A DNA stretch of 56,156 nt, taken from assembly GCA_963544505.1 (NCBI GenBank), contig CAUUFM010000001.1, positions 1 through 56,156 of the forward strand, given 5' to 3'. The notes beneath the pieces were generated by a model, which had not been told where the DNA came from, searched no databases, and saw only the letters and a list, made by a program, of their open reading frames with translations. The translations under genes were made by a program, and so were the position numbers. Shown piece by piece: positions 41,198 to 51,377 of this stretch. Numbering within the stretch: the first letter of the stretch is position 1; each line of letters starts with the position of its first letter. The stretch comes from an uncultured Lachnospiraceae bacterium (GTDB taxonomy: Bacteria > Bacillota > Clostridia > Lachnospirales > Lachnospiraceae).

Positions 41198-43900
41198 ATG
41201 GCAAAAGAATTTGAATTATTATTCAAGCTACAAGCAGCAATAGGGCCTAACTTCAAAAACTCTTTTCAATCCGCAAAATCAGCAACGCAAACGCTGGATA
41301 AAGACCTAAAAAAGCTCAAAGAAACCTCCGGAAGTATTGACAATTTCAAGAGGTTAAGTGCACAACTGGATAACAGTAAATCGAAGTTGACAGACCAAAA
41401 AAAGGTACTTGCAGAACTTAATCAAAAATTAAGAGATAGCGGGGACCAAAATGTGAAATTAACAGAGAAAATAAGAAGACAAGACGCGGCAATAGCCAAG
41501 ACCGAGGAGAAGATAATAAAAGAAAGTAAAAGCCTACAAGACCTAAGAGGGAAGCTGGAAGAGGCAGGAGTAAGCACAAACAATCTAAGCAAAGAAAAGC
41601 AGAAGCTGGCAAGAGAAATTGAAAAGGTTGATAAGGCAAATGAAAAGCTGAAAAACATCGGTGTAATGCAAGCCGAAAATCAAAAGAAGATAGCGGCAAC
41701 AAAGACGGAGTTTTTAAAAACAACAGCAGCAATAGGAGCAGTCTTTACAGGAACAATAGTGGCTATGGACAAGGCAGCCGGAGCGCTGGACAGAGTGGAT
41801 AAATTAAGTCAAAAAATAGGTTTTTCAAGGAAAGCGTTTCAAGAGTGGGATTATATCTTGGGACAATCAGGAGCAAGTATAGAGGGGCTTCAAACTGGAA
41901 TGAAGACGCTAAACGGGCGTATGCACGAAGCGGCAAAAGGAAAGGGAGAGGGTGAGGAGGCTCTAAAGAAATTAAATGTTGCAGCCGTGAACACTAACGG
42001 AACAATGAGAAAGCAAGAAGAGGTATTCAATGATGTAGTAAGAAAGCTACAAGAAATGCCACAAGGTGCGGAGAAGTCTAAACTAGCTTTTGAGTTGTTT
42101 GGCAAGTCGGGGCTTGAGCTGATGCCTTTGCTCAATAGTGCCGGAGGTAGTGTTGATGAATTAAGAAAAAAAGCCCACGAGCTGGGAATAGTGATGAGTG
42201 ATGAGGCGGTGGACGCCGGGGTGCTTTATGGAGATACAATGGACGACCTCAAAAAGACGCTTGGAGGGGTTGCAACACAAATCCTAACTACATTTATGCC
42301 GGCAATCATTAAAGGTGCAGAAAAGCTAACAAAAGGAGCTGCGGCTGTATCTAAATTTGCAAGAGAACACCCAAAACTGATTGAGTTATTAGGGAAAGTA
42401 GCTGTAGGGCTGGCAGCAGCAAAAGTGGGAACACTGGGGCTAAAACTCGGATTCTTAAACGCAAAAGGCGGGGTGCTTCAAATCTTCACAGCTTTTACGA
42501 AATTAAAAAGTTTAAACCTGGCAGCGAAATTAGGAAAGTTTGGAGGGCTACTTGGAGGAATGACCGGGAAAATAGGGCTTATTGTACTTGCTATCGGAGC
42601 GGTCATAACAGTATTAAAAGCGATAACAGAAAATGCGGACGCTGTAAGAGAGAAAATAAGAGAAATTTTTGGAGAGGGCGGTGTAGCTGTTTTTGATAAA
42701 TTTCTTGAAGTCATTAACAATATATCAAACACAATCAAAAAAGCGTTTGCAGGAACAGGGTCGGAATCAATAAAAAATCTCTTTGACCTATTCAAAGAGG
42801 GTAGCCCGATTATGGAAGCTGTAAAAAAAGTGTTTAACGCCCTGGTACAGGAGCTACCCACAATTTTTGCAGTAATAGGAAATTTTGCACAAGCAATCTT
42901 GCCCACACTGATTAGTGTAATGAGTACGGTTATAAATGTTGTGTCGGAAATTATTCAAGCAATTTTACCGATAGTGTTGGATTTAGTGAGTGCGCTTTTG
43001 CCAATTATCCGGCAAATAGCAGAGGGAGTGCTACCGGTTCTTGCAACAATAATAAATACCGTGGCACAAGCGGTATTACCTCTAATTGACAGCATTTTAC
43101 CTGTACTTATTAATGTTATTGAAACAGTAGCACGGGCTATTTTGCCTTTAATTGAAGAAATTTTACCGATGTTGAGTGAGGCAATAAATTTTTTAATTCC
43201 TCTTATCACTATCTGGGCTGATGTATTCTCGACACAGCTGGGAGCAGCAGTAGAAAATATAAAAGCTGTATTAAAAGGACTACAAGACATTTTTCAAGGC
43301 TTAATAGATTTTATAACTGGAGTATTTACAGGAGATTGGGAAAAGGCTTGGGGCGGAGTGATAAAGGTTTTCGGTGGAGTTTGGGATACAATTGGAGCAT
43401 TAGTTAAAGCTCCTATAAACGGCATTATCACACTGGTAAATAAAGCAATTGGAGGACTTAACAAATTAAAAGTACCGGATTGGGTGCCGGGTTTAGGTGG
43501 AAAAGGAATTAACATTCCGCAAATACCATTACTTGCCAAGGGCTCTATGCACACACCAGACACATTCATAGCCGGAGAAGAGGGACCGGAGCTTATAACG
43601 GGCTCAAAAGGAAAAAGAGTATTTACGGCAGGACAAACAATCGGAATATTTGGCAAGATAAAAAATGCTTACCAAACAGCAAAAGAAGTAGTAACGAACC
43701 CAGCTCCTAAACTGGTGGTAGCCGGAGCAGGAGGAGGGCATAGTGTGGTTATCAATTCAAACCCGGTATTTCACATAGAAAATGGAAATTCGGAAGAGAT
43801 TGACGCAAAACTAAAAGAAAATAATGAGATGTTAAAAAGAGAAATTAAAAGCGAGCTGGAGGAAGACGCAGAGGATAATAGACGCAGGAGGTATGATTAA
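41198..43900 (+). CDS. tail tape measure protein
   Basis: 900 aa. Coiled-coil N-terminus and long hydrophobic, Gly- and Ala-rich repeats. Confidence 0.85.
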   Translation: MAKEFELLFKLQAAIGPNFKNSFQSAKSATQTLDKDLKKLKETSGSIDNFKRLSAQLDNSKSKLTDQKKVLAELNQKLRDSGDQNVKLTEKIRRQDAAIAKTEEKIIKESKSLQDLRGKLEEAGVSTNNLSKEKQKLAREIEKVDKANEKLKNIGVMQAENQKKIAATKTEFLKTTAAIGAVFTGTIVAMDKAAGALDRVDKLSQKIGFSRKAFQEWDYILGQSGASIEGLQTGMKTLNGRMHEAAKGKGEGEEALKKLNVAAVNTNGTMRKQEEVFNDVVRKLQEMPQGAEKSKLAFELFGKSGLELMPLLNSAGGSVDELRKKAHELGIVMSDEAVDAGVLYGDTMDDLKKTLGGVATQILTTFMPAIIKGAEKLTKGAAAVSKFAREHPKLIELLGKVAVGLAAAKVGTLGLKLGFLNAKGGVLQIFTAFTKLKSLNLAAKLGKFGGLLGGMTGKIGLIVLAIGAVITVLKAITENADAVREKIREIFGEGGVAVFDKFLEVINNISNTIKKAFAGTGSESIKNLFDLFKEGSPIMEAVKKVFNALVQELPTIFAVIGNFAQAILPTLISVMSTVINVVSEIIQAILPIVLDLVSALLPIIRQIAEGVLPVLATIINTVAQAVLPLIDSILPVLINVIETVARAILPLIEEILPMLSEAINFLIPLITIWADVFSTQLGAAVENIKAVLKGLQDIFQGLIDFITGVFTGDWEKAWGGVIKVFGGVWDTIGALVKAPINGIITLVNKAIGGLNKLKVPDWVPGLGGKGINIPQIPLLAKGSMHTPDTFIAGEEGPELITGSKGKRVFTAGQTIGIFGKIKNAYQTAKEVVTNPAPKLVVAGAGGGHSVVINSNPVFHIENGNSEEIDAKLKENNEMLKREIKSELEEDAEDNRRRRYD

Positions 43901-44118
43901 TGAAAACATACACAACAATAGCAGGGGATAAATGGGATAGTGTAGCCTACAAAACAATAGGAGATTGTGGAAAAATGGATATTCTCATAAAAGAAAATAT
44001 CAAACATAGAGAAACCTATATTTTCCCGGCTGGAATTGTCCTATGTATACCGGAACTTCCGGAAGAGGAAAATAATGTACTACCTCCTTGGAAAGAGAAT
44101 AGACAAGATGAAAGTTAG
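43900..44118 (+). CDS. LysM-type tail protein (P2 gpX / XkdP-like)
   Basis: YTTIAGDKWDSVAYKTIGD. Confidence 0.65.
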   Translation: MKTYTTIAGDKWDSVAYKTIGDCGKMDILIKENIKHRETYIFPAGIVLCIPELPEEENNVLPPWKENRQDES

Positions 44119-45126
44119 AAGAACGAGAGTTTATATCAAAATTGAGGGCAAAGACATAACCAAGACTTTAGGAAATTACTTAACAGGATTTAGTTATACC
44201 GACAACGAAGAAGAAGCGGCAGACGACCTACAAATAAACCTTGAAGACAGAGAGGGGCGTTGGCTCAGTGATTGGCTTTCAAAGGCAGGTAAAGGCTTAA
44301 AAGTGGAAGCAAAGATACTACAAGAGGAGGGGGGCAAGTCCCGCCCTCTTCCTTGTGGAATTTTTGAAATTGACAATATTTCAAGCTCCGGACCACCGGA
44401 CAAGGTAACATTAAAAGCAATCAGCTTGCCTACAAGTGGAAGTTTGTCCGGAGAGGAAAAATCGAGGGCTTGGGAAAAGGCGAAATTGTCAAGCATAGCA
44501 GGAGAAATTGCAAAAGCAAACAAAATGGGGTTTTTCTTTGATTCAAGTTATGACCCAGCTATGACAGAAAAGAACAGCAAAAACAGACAGACATTGCATT
44601 TTTACAAGACATATGCAAGGAAGCCGGAATAAACCTAAAAATTACAGCGCGAAAAATAGTAATGTTTGACGCGTCAAAATATGAAAAAATGAAACCGGTT
44701 GCCAGATTTATAAAAGGAGCGTCCGATATATTCGGATATAAATTTGCAACAAACCTAAAAGATACAGGGTATTCAAGCTGTGAGGTGAGTTACACCGACA
44801 GCAAGACAAGAAAAACGATAAAAGGAAAGTTTGACAACCCGGACAAAGGGAAAGTCAAAAAGATACTAAAAATAAATACAAAAGTCAGCAATGTACAAGA
44901 GGCTAACGAGCTGGCAAAGAAGAATTTAAGAGAAAAGAACAAAAAAGAAACCACGGCAGGATTGGAGGTGCTGGGTAATGTTAAATATGTTGCAGGAAAC
45001 ACAGTAGAGATTAAAGGCTGGGGCCTGTATGACGGAAAATACATTATTGAAACCGCAGGACATAGCGTGGGAAGCGGAGGTTATACAACCTCTTTAACTC
45101 TTAGAAAGGTATTGAAAGGGTATTGA
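44108..45126 (+). pseudogene. XkdQ / late-control-D-like baseplate hub gene, frameshifted
   Basis: Two ORFs (44108..44632 and 44662..45126, the second frame open from 44554). Deleting one copy of the 11-nt imperfect tandem repeat at 44546-44567 restores FFFDSSYDRKEQQKQTDIAFLQDICKEAGINLKI. Confidence 0.7.
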
Positions 45127-45128
45127 GT

Positions 45129-45401
45129 ATGGCAAATCTGAAAGAGATAATCAGAATAGGCAAAGTGTCAAGTGTGGACGCTGGAAAAAAAACGGCAAGA
45201 GTGGTATTTGAAGACAAAGACAATGTTGTGTCGGCAGAGCTTCCGGTATTGGTAAATACACCTACAATAAAAGCAAAAGATAGTCAAGGGGGAGAGTGTA
45301 CCTTGGATATAAAGCCTTGTCTTCCAAAGGTGGAGCAAATGGTGGTAGTGGTATATTTACCAAGTGGAGGAGGCGACGGATTTATATTAGGGGAGTTATA
45401 A
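45129..45401 (+). CDS. small baseplate protein (gpV N-domain / XkdR-like)
   Basis: IIRIGKVSSVDAGKKTARVVFEDKDNVVSAELPVLV has an OB-fold-like pattern. Confidence 0.5.
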   Translation: MANLKEIIRIGKVSSVDAGKKTARVVFEDKDNVVSAELPVLVNTPTIKAKDSQGGECTLDIKPCLPKVEQMVVVVYLPSGGGDGFILGEL

Positions 45402-45404
45402 ATA

Positions 45405-45797
45405 ATGGCGGTAATTGGAGCATTAGGAAATATAACCTTTTCAGTGTCTAAAAGAGCAATAAAGACATTTGATGAAATGAGCTGGGAAAGCGGCGTAAAT
45501 TATGCACAGCACAGCATACATCTAAAACCTCCTAAATTAGAAATGATAGGAGTTGGAGCTGATACTATTTCATTTAGTATGGATTTTTCGGCATTTCTTG
45601 GGGTAAACCCTATTAAAGAAATAAACAAACTTGAAAAAGCTATGAAAAAAGGAGAGGTTATGAGGTTGGTTATAGGTAACAGGCTATATGGTAAAAAGTG
45701 GGTTATAACCAAAATCAGCAAAGGGCTTGAAAGGTTTGATAACAAAGGACTGCTATTGAAAACTAAAGTAAATGTATCTCTTTTAGCGTATCGGTAG
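45405..45797 (+). CDS. P2 GpU-like tail protein
   Basis: IGALGNITFSV ... MIGVGADTISFSMDF ... LVIGNRLYGKKWVI follows the GpU pattern. Confidence 0.55.
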   Translation: MAVIGALGNITFSVSKRAIKTFDEMSWESGVNYAQHSIHLKPPKLEMIGVGADTISFSMDFSAFLGVNPIKEINKLEKAMKKGEVMRLVIGNRLYGKKWVITKISKGLERFDNKGLLLKTKVNVSLLAYR

Positions 45798-45809
45798 AAA
45801 GGAGGGCAA

Positions 45810-46127
45810 ATGTTAATAGTAAAGCCGTTAAAAGCAGGGGATATTGATTTATTTCCAAAAACACTGCAACAAGAGGTAATGCAGAATGTGGGAATTATAA
45901 TATCAAGCCCTAAGTTTTCTGTACCCCTTGACAGAGGTTTTGGAACTTCCCACGCGCAAATAGATACCCCAACAAACATAGCACAGCCCAAGCTGATTAT
46001 GGAAATCATAGACGTGGTGGAGAAGTACGAGCCGAGAGCGGAAATAATAGGGGTTGAAGTGATAACAGATGAGGCACACCAAGGAAGAATATTTCCAAGG
46101 GTAGAAATGGTGGTAAAAGATGAATGA
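45810..46127 (+). CDS. baseplate wedge protein (gp25/GPW-like)
   Basis: QNVGIIISSPKFSVPLDRGFG ... KYEPRAEIIGVEV. Confidence 0.65.
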   Translation: MLIVKPLKAGDIDLFPKTLQQEVMQNVGIIISSPKFSVPLDRGFGTSHAQIDTPTNIAQPKLIMEIIDVVEKYEPRAEIIGVEVITDEAHQGRIFPRVEMVVKDE

Positions 46128-47253
46128 AAATAAAGCGAGAAACAAACCAAATATACAATATGTGGACACCAACGCAGACAAGCTGGTGTCTTTGCTTATT
46201 AAAGGCTATGAGGATATAACAGGGAGAAAGCTATATCCGGCAGACCCTATGAGGCTTTTTATACTGTGGATTGCAGACGTTATGATACAGCAGAGGGTAC
46301 TTATCGACTATTCCGCAAAACAGAATTTACCACGCTTTGCAGAGGGGGAGAACTTGGACGAGCTGGTAGAGTTTTTGAATGATACTATAAAAAGATTGCC
46401 CCCACAACAAGCGAGAACAAAGCTAAAATACACCTTATCCACAGAAAGAGAAACGGCAACAATTATCCCGGAAGGCTTCAAGGTAACGGTTGACGGAGAA
46501 ATCAACTTCCAAACAACAAAAGACTTAATCATAAAAGCCGGAGAGGTTACAGGAGAGGTGGAGGCTGTTTGTACGGAAGCGGGCAAGATTGGAAACGGCT
46601 TTGCACCGGGACAAATAAACCAAGCGGTAGATATAGCACCATATTTGCAGAGCGTAACAAATATCACAACCTCTGCGGGAGGAGCTGAAACAGAAACAGA
46701 CGACAGCTTATATAAAAGATACAGAGAAGCACTGGCAACATATAGCACTGCGGGATCGGAGGGCGCTTATAAATTCTTTGCTCAAACAGCAAGTGTTGGA
46801 ATTGCAGACGTAAAAGCAGAATCCCCAAGACCCGGAGTTGCAGAAATTAGGGTGCTAATGGAAAATGGGGAGCTTCCACAGGAAGAAACACTACAAAAAA
46901 TTGAAAAAATACTATCAGCAGATGACATAAGACCATTGACGGATAAAGTGCAGGTAAAGGCGGCGGAAAAGGTAAATTATCAGATTGATGTTACCTACTA
47001 CACCCTAAAAAATGGCATTAGAGGGGCAGAGGAAGAGGCAAAGGCTGTAAATGAAGCTGTGGAGCAGTATATAAAGTGGCAGTCAGAAAAAATGGGAAGA
47101 GATATAAACCCCTCAATGCTCTATAAATTCCTAATGGAAGCGGGTGTAAAAAGGGTCGAGGTTAGGAAGCCGGCATACCAAACCGTGGACGGAATAGCGG
47201 TAGCATTTTTACAGTCAAAAAATGTAGTGAACGGAGGGGCTGAAAATGAATAA
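46120..47253 (+). CDS. baseplate J-like protein
   Basis: 377 aa after the gp25-like gene. The stop and next start overlap. Confidence 0.7.
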   Translation: MNENKARNKPNIQYVDTNADKLVSLLIKGYEDITGRKLYPADPMRLFILWIADVMIQQRVLIDYSAKQNLPRFAEGENLDELVEFLNDTIKRLPPQQARTKLKYTLSTERETATIIPEGFKVTVDGEINFQTTKDLIIKAGEVTGEVEAVCTEAGKIGNGFAPGQINQAVDIAPYLQSVTNITTSAGGAETETDDSLYKRYREALATYSTAGSEGAYKFFAQTASVGIADVKAESPRPGVAEIRVLMENGELPQEETLQKIEKILSADDIRPLTDKVQVKAAEKVNYQIDVTYYTLKNGIRGAEEEAKAVNEAVEQYIKWQSEKMGRDINPSMLYKFLMEAGVKRVEVRKPAYQTVDGIAVAFLQSKNVVNGGAENE

Positions 47254-47899
47254 CAACATAAAAGGGGCAGATTTTACAAGAGCCTTGCCGGTGGTTATTT
47301 CCGAAAATAAAGATATAAAGGTTTTGAGCGTGCTTATACAAGAGGAGCTAAGGGAAACCACAAATCTAATTGACAAAAACAAGATTTTTTGTGCTATTTC
47401 AGAGCTTGACGAGGGAACGTTGGATATTTTAGCCTATGACCTAAATGTGCTGTGGTATGACTTTAACTACAGCGTGGAAATAAAAAGAGAAATCATAAAA
47501 GACTGTATCAAAATTTACAGAAAATTAGGCACATCTTATGCAGTGAAGAGGGCGCTTGGAAATGTTTTCCCGGATTCTACACTAAAGGAGTGGCACGAAA
47601 CAGGCGGAGAGCCTTTTACTTTCGAGGTAGAAATAAACGCCAGCAAATCGGGAGCAACAAAAGAATTGCAGGAAATGGCTTTAGACCGGATAAGGCACTA
47701 CAAAAACCTCCGGTCGCACCTTAAAAAGATAACCTATAACCTTAAAGATAAATTAAAGGTAAAAGTAGGCGCGGCATTAACAACAGCTCAAAACCTAACT
47801 ATATTACCTTATACGGCAGAGAATATAGAGGAGAGAGGAAAAATAAAAATAGCAATAGGACAAGTGTTCAAGCTGGAGCTTTATGTATATCCGGCATAA
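47246..47899 (+). CDS. tail protein I-like (P2 gpI / XkdU-like)
   Basis: 217 aa. Call based on the LPVVISENKDIKVL pattern and position. Confidence 0.55.
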   Translation: MNNNIKGADFTRALPVVISENKDIKVLSVLIQEELRETTNLIDKNKIFCAISELDEGTLDILAYDLNVLWYDFNYSVEIKREIIKDCIKIYRKLGTSYAVKRALGNVFPDSTLKEWHETGGEPFTFEVEINASKSGATKELQEMALDRIRHYKNLRSHLKKITYNLKDKLKVKVGAALTTAQNLTILPYTAENIEERGKIKIAIGQVFKLELYVYPA

Positions 47900-47920
47900 A
47901 ACAATAGAAAGGTGGTTAAA

Positions 47921-48784
47921 ATGGCAAAATACGGCTCAATAGTGACCTTGAAAGGAAAAGAGAAGATAGCAAGGGCTACACTGGAAGAAAACAAAAGAAT
48001 TGCATTTACGGAGTTTGCAGCCGGCGACGGTGGAGGAAGCTACTACCAACCGGAGGAGTTACAAACAAAGCTAAGAGGCGAAAAATGGAGAGGAGCAATC
48101 AGTCTATGCAAAGTGGTTGATGAAAGCCCTAATATGATTGAAATTGTGGCGGTTATTCCACCGGACGAGGGAGGCTTTACTATTAGAGAAATAGCGGCTT
48201 TTGATGAAACGGGAGATATGATTGTAATTGCAAACACTCCGGACACGGAGAAAGTTATAATCAGCTCCGGGGCAGCTGGGGAAATCAAGCTAACTATCTA
48301 TATGGAAATCAGCAACGCAGAGCTGGTGGAAATGAAGATAGACCCGAACACGGTAACAGCAACCAAGCAAGACATAGCAAATCACGACAACAACCCGAAC
48401 GCCCACGGAGGCAGGTTTGCAAATAAAGGCCATTTTGAAGCTCACACAAGCAACAATGAGGTACACGTAACCCCACAGCTAAAAGAGAACTACGACAAAG
48501 CTTTTGCGGACCTTAGTCAGCACGTGGAAAATGCAGGAATACACGTTACAACGGAGCAAAAAGGAAAGTGGGATAATTCGGCGGCAAAAACAGACAAGCA
48601 GGAGCAGGAACTGGGGCAAACTCAAATAAAGCTCAATGAAATAGAGGGCAAATTAGCAAGGCTTGAAGACGGGGTATTTAACGACATAACAGGCAACCCT
48701 TGGGTGCTCACTTTTAACAATTTGGAGGGGGTAGAACTCAAAAAGGGAAACTACAACAGAGCAAGGAACAGGGTGGAATGTTAG
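47921..48784 (+). CDS. tail fibre protein with a tail-collar N-domain
   Basis: FTEFAAGDGGGSYYQP ... GGFTIREIAAFDETGDMIVIAN fits the DUF3751-type fibre N-terminus. Confidence 0.65.
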   Translation: MAKYGSIVTLKGKEKIARATLEENKRIAFTEFAAGDGGGSYYQPEELQTKLRGEKWRGAISLCKVVDESPNMIEIVAVIPPDEGGFTIREIAAFDETGDMIVIANTPDTEKVIISSGAAGEIKLTIYMEISNAELVEMKIDPNTVTATKQDIANHDNNPNAHGGRFANKGHFEAHTSNNEVHVTPQLKENYDKAFADLSQHVENAGIHVTTEQKGKWDNSAAKTDKQEQELGQTQIKLNEIEGKLARLEDGVFNDITGNPWVLTFNNLEGVELKKGNYNRARNRVEC

Positions 48785-48960
48785 TTGGGAGGTATGTATC
48801 CTCATCTAAGCGTTATCCTAAAAAATACAGATTTACATTTCTAAACTGTAATAATGAGTAGCGCAAGGTAAAACAGCAGAGGTTATACAATAGGAAGATT
48901 AAATTATCTGATAAATAAAATGAATAAGTATTTTAACAAACATATAAAGGAGAGGAAGAA

Positions 48961-50676
48961 ATGGCAAAAAAAATAAGTACCTTGCCCATAGGGGCAAAAG
49001 TCAAAGACTTGCAATCTACTTATTTTGGGGAACCCTTTATATTTCAGATTGCGGACAAAAACCACAGCGGCTATCCCGTCAATTCCGTTACACTAATAAC
49101 GGAAAAAATTATATGCCTAAAGGCTCCAGACGCAAAAGAGCCTAACAACGGGAATAGAGATAGGCAAAACCACGGAAACAACAACTACAGGCTTTCAAAT
49201 ATCAATAAGTGGTTAAATTCTATATGGAGCTGGTACGCGGCACAGCACGAGCAAGACGCACCGCCAAATGCCGGTAACTTGCATAACGGACATAATCCAT
49301 ACGACACCGAAAATGGATTTTTAACCAATTTTTCACAGCAATTCAGAAATGCCTTAATGGAAACAACTCTAAGAGTTGTTAAGTCGAGCATTGACGGAGG
49401 AAGCTACGAAAATGTATCAGTCAATATGTTTTTGGCTTCCACAACAGAGGCGGGGTTAGCAAACGAAAACGGAGTAGCAGAGGGAAGCAGATTAGCCCTA
49501 TTTTCTGATGACAATTCAAGAAAAGCATACCCTACAGAAGAGGTTGTAAGTCGTTCTAAACATACAGGCCTCTTCACTACAAACCAGCCTTGGTACTGGT
49601 GGCTTAGGACACCTTATGCCTCCTACTCGTACCTTGTGCGGTGCGTCTATCCGTACGGGTCGCTGAGCGACGGCTACGCGTGCGAGAGCTTATATGGCAT
49701 TCGTCCGCTTTGCAATCTGTCTTCTGAAATCTTGGTATCTGATAGGTCGGATTCAGACGGAGCATACAGGATTGAATGGAATCAACCTCCTAATCCCCCA
49801 AGCGGAATCACAGTACCGGAGGTTATAAAATCCAACAAGACAGCAAAAATAAGCTGGGGAACAGCCTTAGACCCGGAGGGCGGCAGTATCGGGTATGAAC
49901 TGGGAAGAAAGGTTGACAGCAACGGCTGGACAAGGATTTACAAGGGTATCAACAAAGAATTTACAGACAACATTGTAAAAGGCTGGGGAACTGTAGCATA
50001 TAGGGTAAAAGCCTACGACAACCACGGGGCAGAATCGGGCTACACGACCGGACCAACAAGAACGGTAAAGAATAATGAGGACCCGACCATAAACACAAGC
50101 ACAGGCGGTGATTTAGGAGCAAAAACGGGACCTTTTAATCTTTCTTATTCTGTAAATGATGAAGACACCGGGCAAAACCTCACAGTAAAAGAGTATATAG
50201 ACGGAACGCAGAAAAGAAACTACACGGCAAGCAAGGGGCAGACCTATAATTTACAAGTGACAAAAGAAAATTGGCAGGAGTTACTAAACGGAAGTCACAA
50301 TCTTAAAATTGTAGTAGAGGACAGCGAGGGAGGAGGAGCGGAAAAAATTTTCACATTCTCAAAAAACGAAACAGAGATAGAGCTGGAGATAAAAACCCCA
50401 CTACCGGCAGACGACAAAGTAACAAAAGCTATAGTCAGCATTGTAGCTCAAATTCCGGAGGGGGTAAAAATGAGTGTGGAAGTGTGCAACAATGCCTTTG
50501 ACACTTCCCCAACTTGGGAGGACGCAACTGCAGCAGTCAAAAGAAACTCAAAAATATTCATAAAAAACCAAACTAAAACAGCTTCAAAATGGGGATTTAA
50601 TGTGAGGGTAAAGGTTAAAAGGAATGGAGCTTCCGGAGATTGCTGTATCACAAGTATAGGAGGTAATTACGAATAA
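48961..50676 (+). CDS. second fibre / receptor-binding-like protein (WW-VRC-GIRP domain plus FN3-like repeats)
   Basis: 571 aa. The N-terminal domain is shared with 23495..24133. The central PPNPPSGITVPEV...ISWGTALDPEGGSIGYEL looks FN3-like. Confidence 0.55.
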   Translation: MAKKISTLPIGAKVKDLQSTYFGEPFIFQIADKNHSGYPVNSVTLITEKIICLKAPDAKEPNNGNRDRQNHGNNNYRLSNINKWLNSIWSWYAAQHEQDAPPNAGNLHNGHNPYDTENGFLTNFSQQFRNALMETTLRVVKSSIDGGSYENVSVNMFLASTTEAGLANENGVAEGSRLALFSDDNSRKAYPTEEVVSRSKHTGLFTTNQPWYWWLRTPYASYSYLVRCVYPYGSLSDGYACESLYGIRPLCNLSSEILVSDRSDSDGAYRIEWNQPPNPPSGITVPEVIKSNKTAKISWGTALDPEGGSIGYELGRKVDSNGWTRIYKGINKEFTDNIVKGWGTVAYRVKAYDNHGAESGYTTGPTRTVKNNEDPTINTSTGGDLGAKTGPFNLSYSVNDEDTGQNLTVKEYIDGTQKRNYTASKGQTYNLQVTKENWQELLNGSHNLKIVVEDSEGGGAEKIFTFSKNETEIELEIKTPLPADDKVTKAIVSIVAQIPEGVKMSVEVCNNAFDTSPTWEDATAAVKRNSKIFIKNQTKTASKWGFNVRVKVKRNGASGDCCITSIGGNYE

Positions 50677-50924
50677 TGGCTATCACACACAGAGAAGACT
50701 CAATAAAAGAATTGAGCAAAAGAAACGCAGACCCCAAAGAACTGATAAACAGCTTGGGGAAACAGCTTTCCAAGGAGAAGTTGGAAAACATTAAAAAAGA
50801 CCAAGTAATAGCGGAGCTTGGAAAACACCAAGCAAAAGCAAGCATAGAGCTTATGCAGACAAAGAACGAAGTTAAGGCATTAAAGCACCAGGTAGAAAAT
50901 CTGATAGCAGGAGGTGGAAAGTAA
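50676..50924 (+). CDS. small coiled-coil protein
   Basis: 82-aa ORF overlapping its neighbours by 1 nt at each end. Confidence 0.45.
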   Translation: MAITHREDSIKELSKRNADPKELINSLGKQLSKEKLENIKKDQVIAELGKHQAKASIELMQTKNEVKALKHQVENLIAGGGK

Positions 50925-51061
50925 TGGAGTTTTGGAAAATGGCATATGATTATAACTGGGTAACCAAGGAAGAGCTAAAAGGAGCTGTAATAACAGAGCA
51001 AAACCCTTTTGGAGATATTACCAAGGAGCAGTATGAAGAAATTACAGGAGAAAAATACTAA
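50924..51061 (+). CDS. XkdX-like small protein (45 aa)
   Basis: MEFWKMAYDYNWVTKEELKGAVI...ITKEQYEEITGEKY matches the XkdX pattern. Not in the ORF track. Confidence 0.55.
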   Translation: MEFWKMAYDYNWVTKEELKGAVITEQNPFGDITKEQYEEITGEKY

Positions 51062-51075
51062 AAGGGAGGTAAATA

Positions 51076-51357
51076 ATGACAATAGAGATAGCTTTGATTA
51101 TTTCGGCTATATCTCTTGGGTTTGGTATATATCAAGGTGTGTCAAATCTAAAGAGAAATGACCGCCAAGACAACAGAGCAGAGGCTACACAAATAACAGC
51201 GGTTATAGTGAAGTTGGAAACCATAGGCGAGGGGGTAAATGAAATTAAATTGGATATGAGAAATATCAAAAATGAAATCAAAGACATTAGAGAGAGGCTC
51301 ACAAAGGTAGAAGAATCCACCAAGAGTGCTCACCACAGGCTGGACGATATGGCATAG
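51076..51357 (+). CDS. XhlA-like membrane/coiled-coil lysis-associated protein
   Basis: One N-terminal TM segment plus a coiled coil (IKLDMRNIKNEIKDIRERLTKVEE). Confidence 0.45.
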   Translation: MTIEIALIISAISLGFGIYQGVSNLKRNDRQDNRAEATQITAVIVKLETIGEGVNEIKLDMRNIKNEIKDIRERLTKVEESTKSAHHRLDDMA

Positions 51358-51377
51358 CATAGAAAGAAGAGGTAAAA

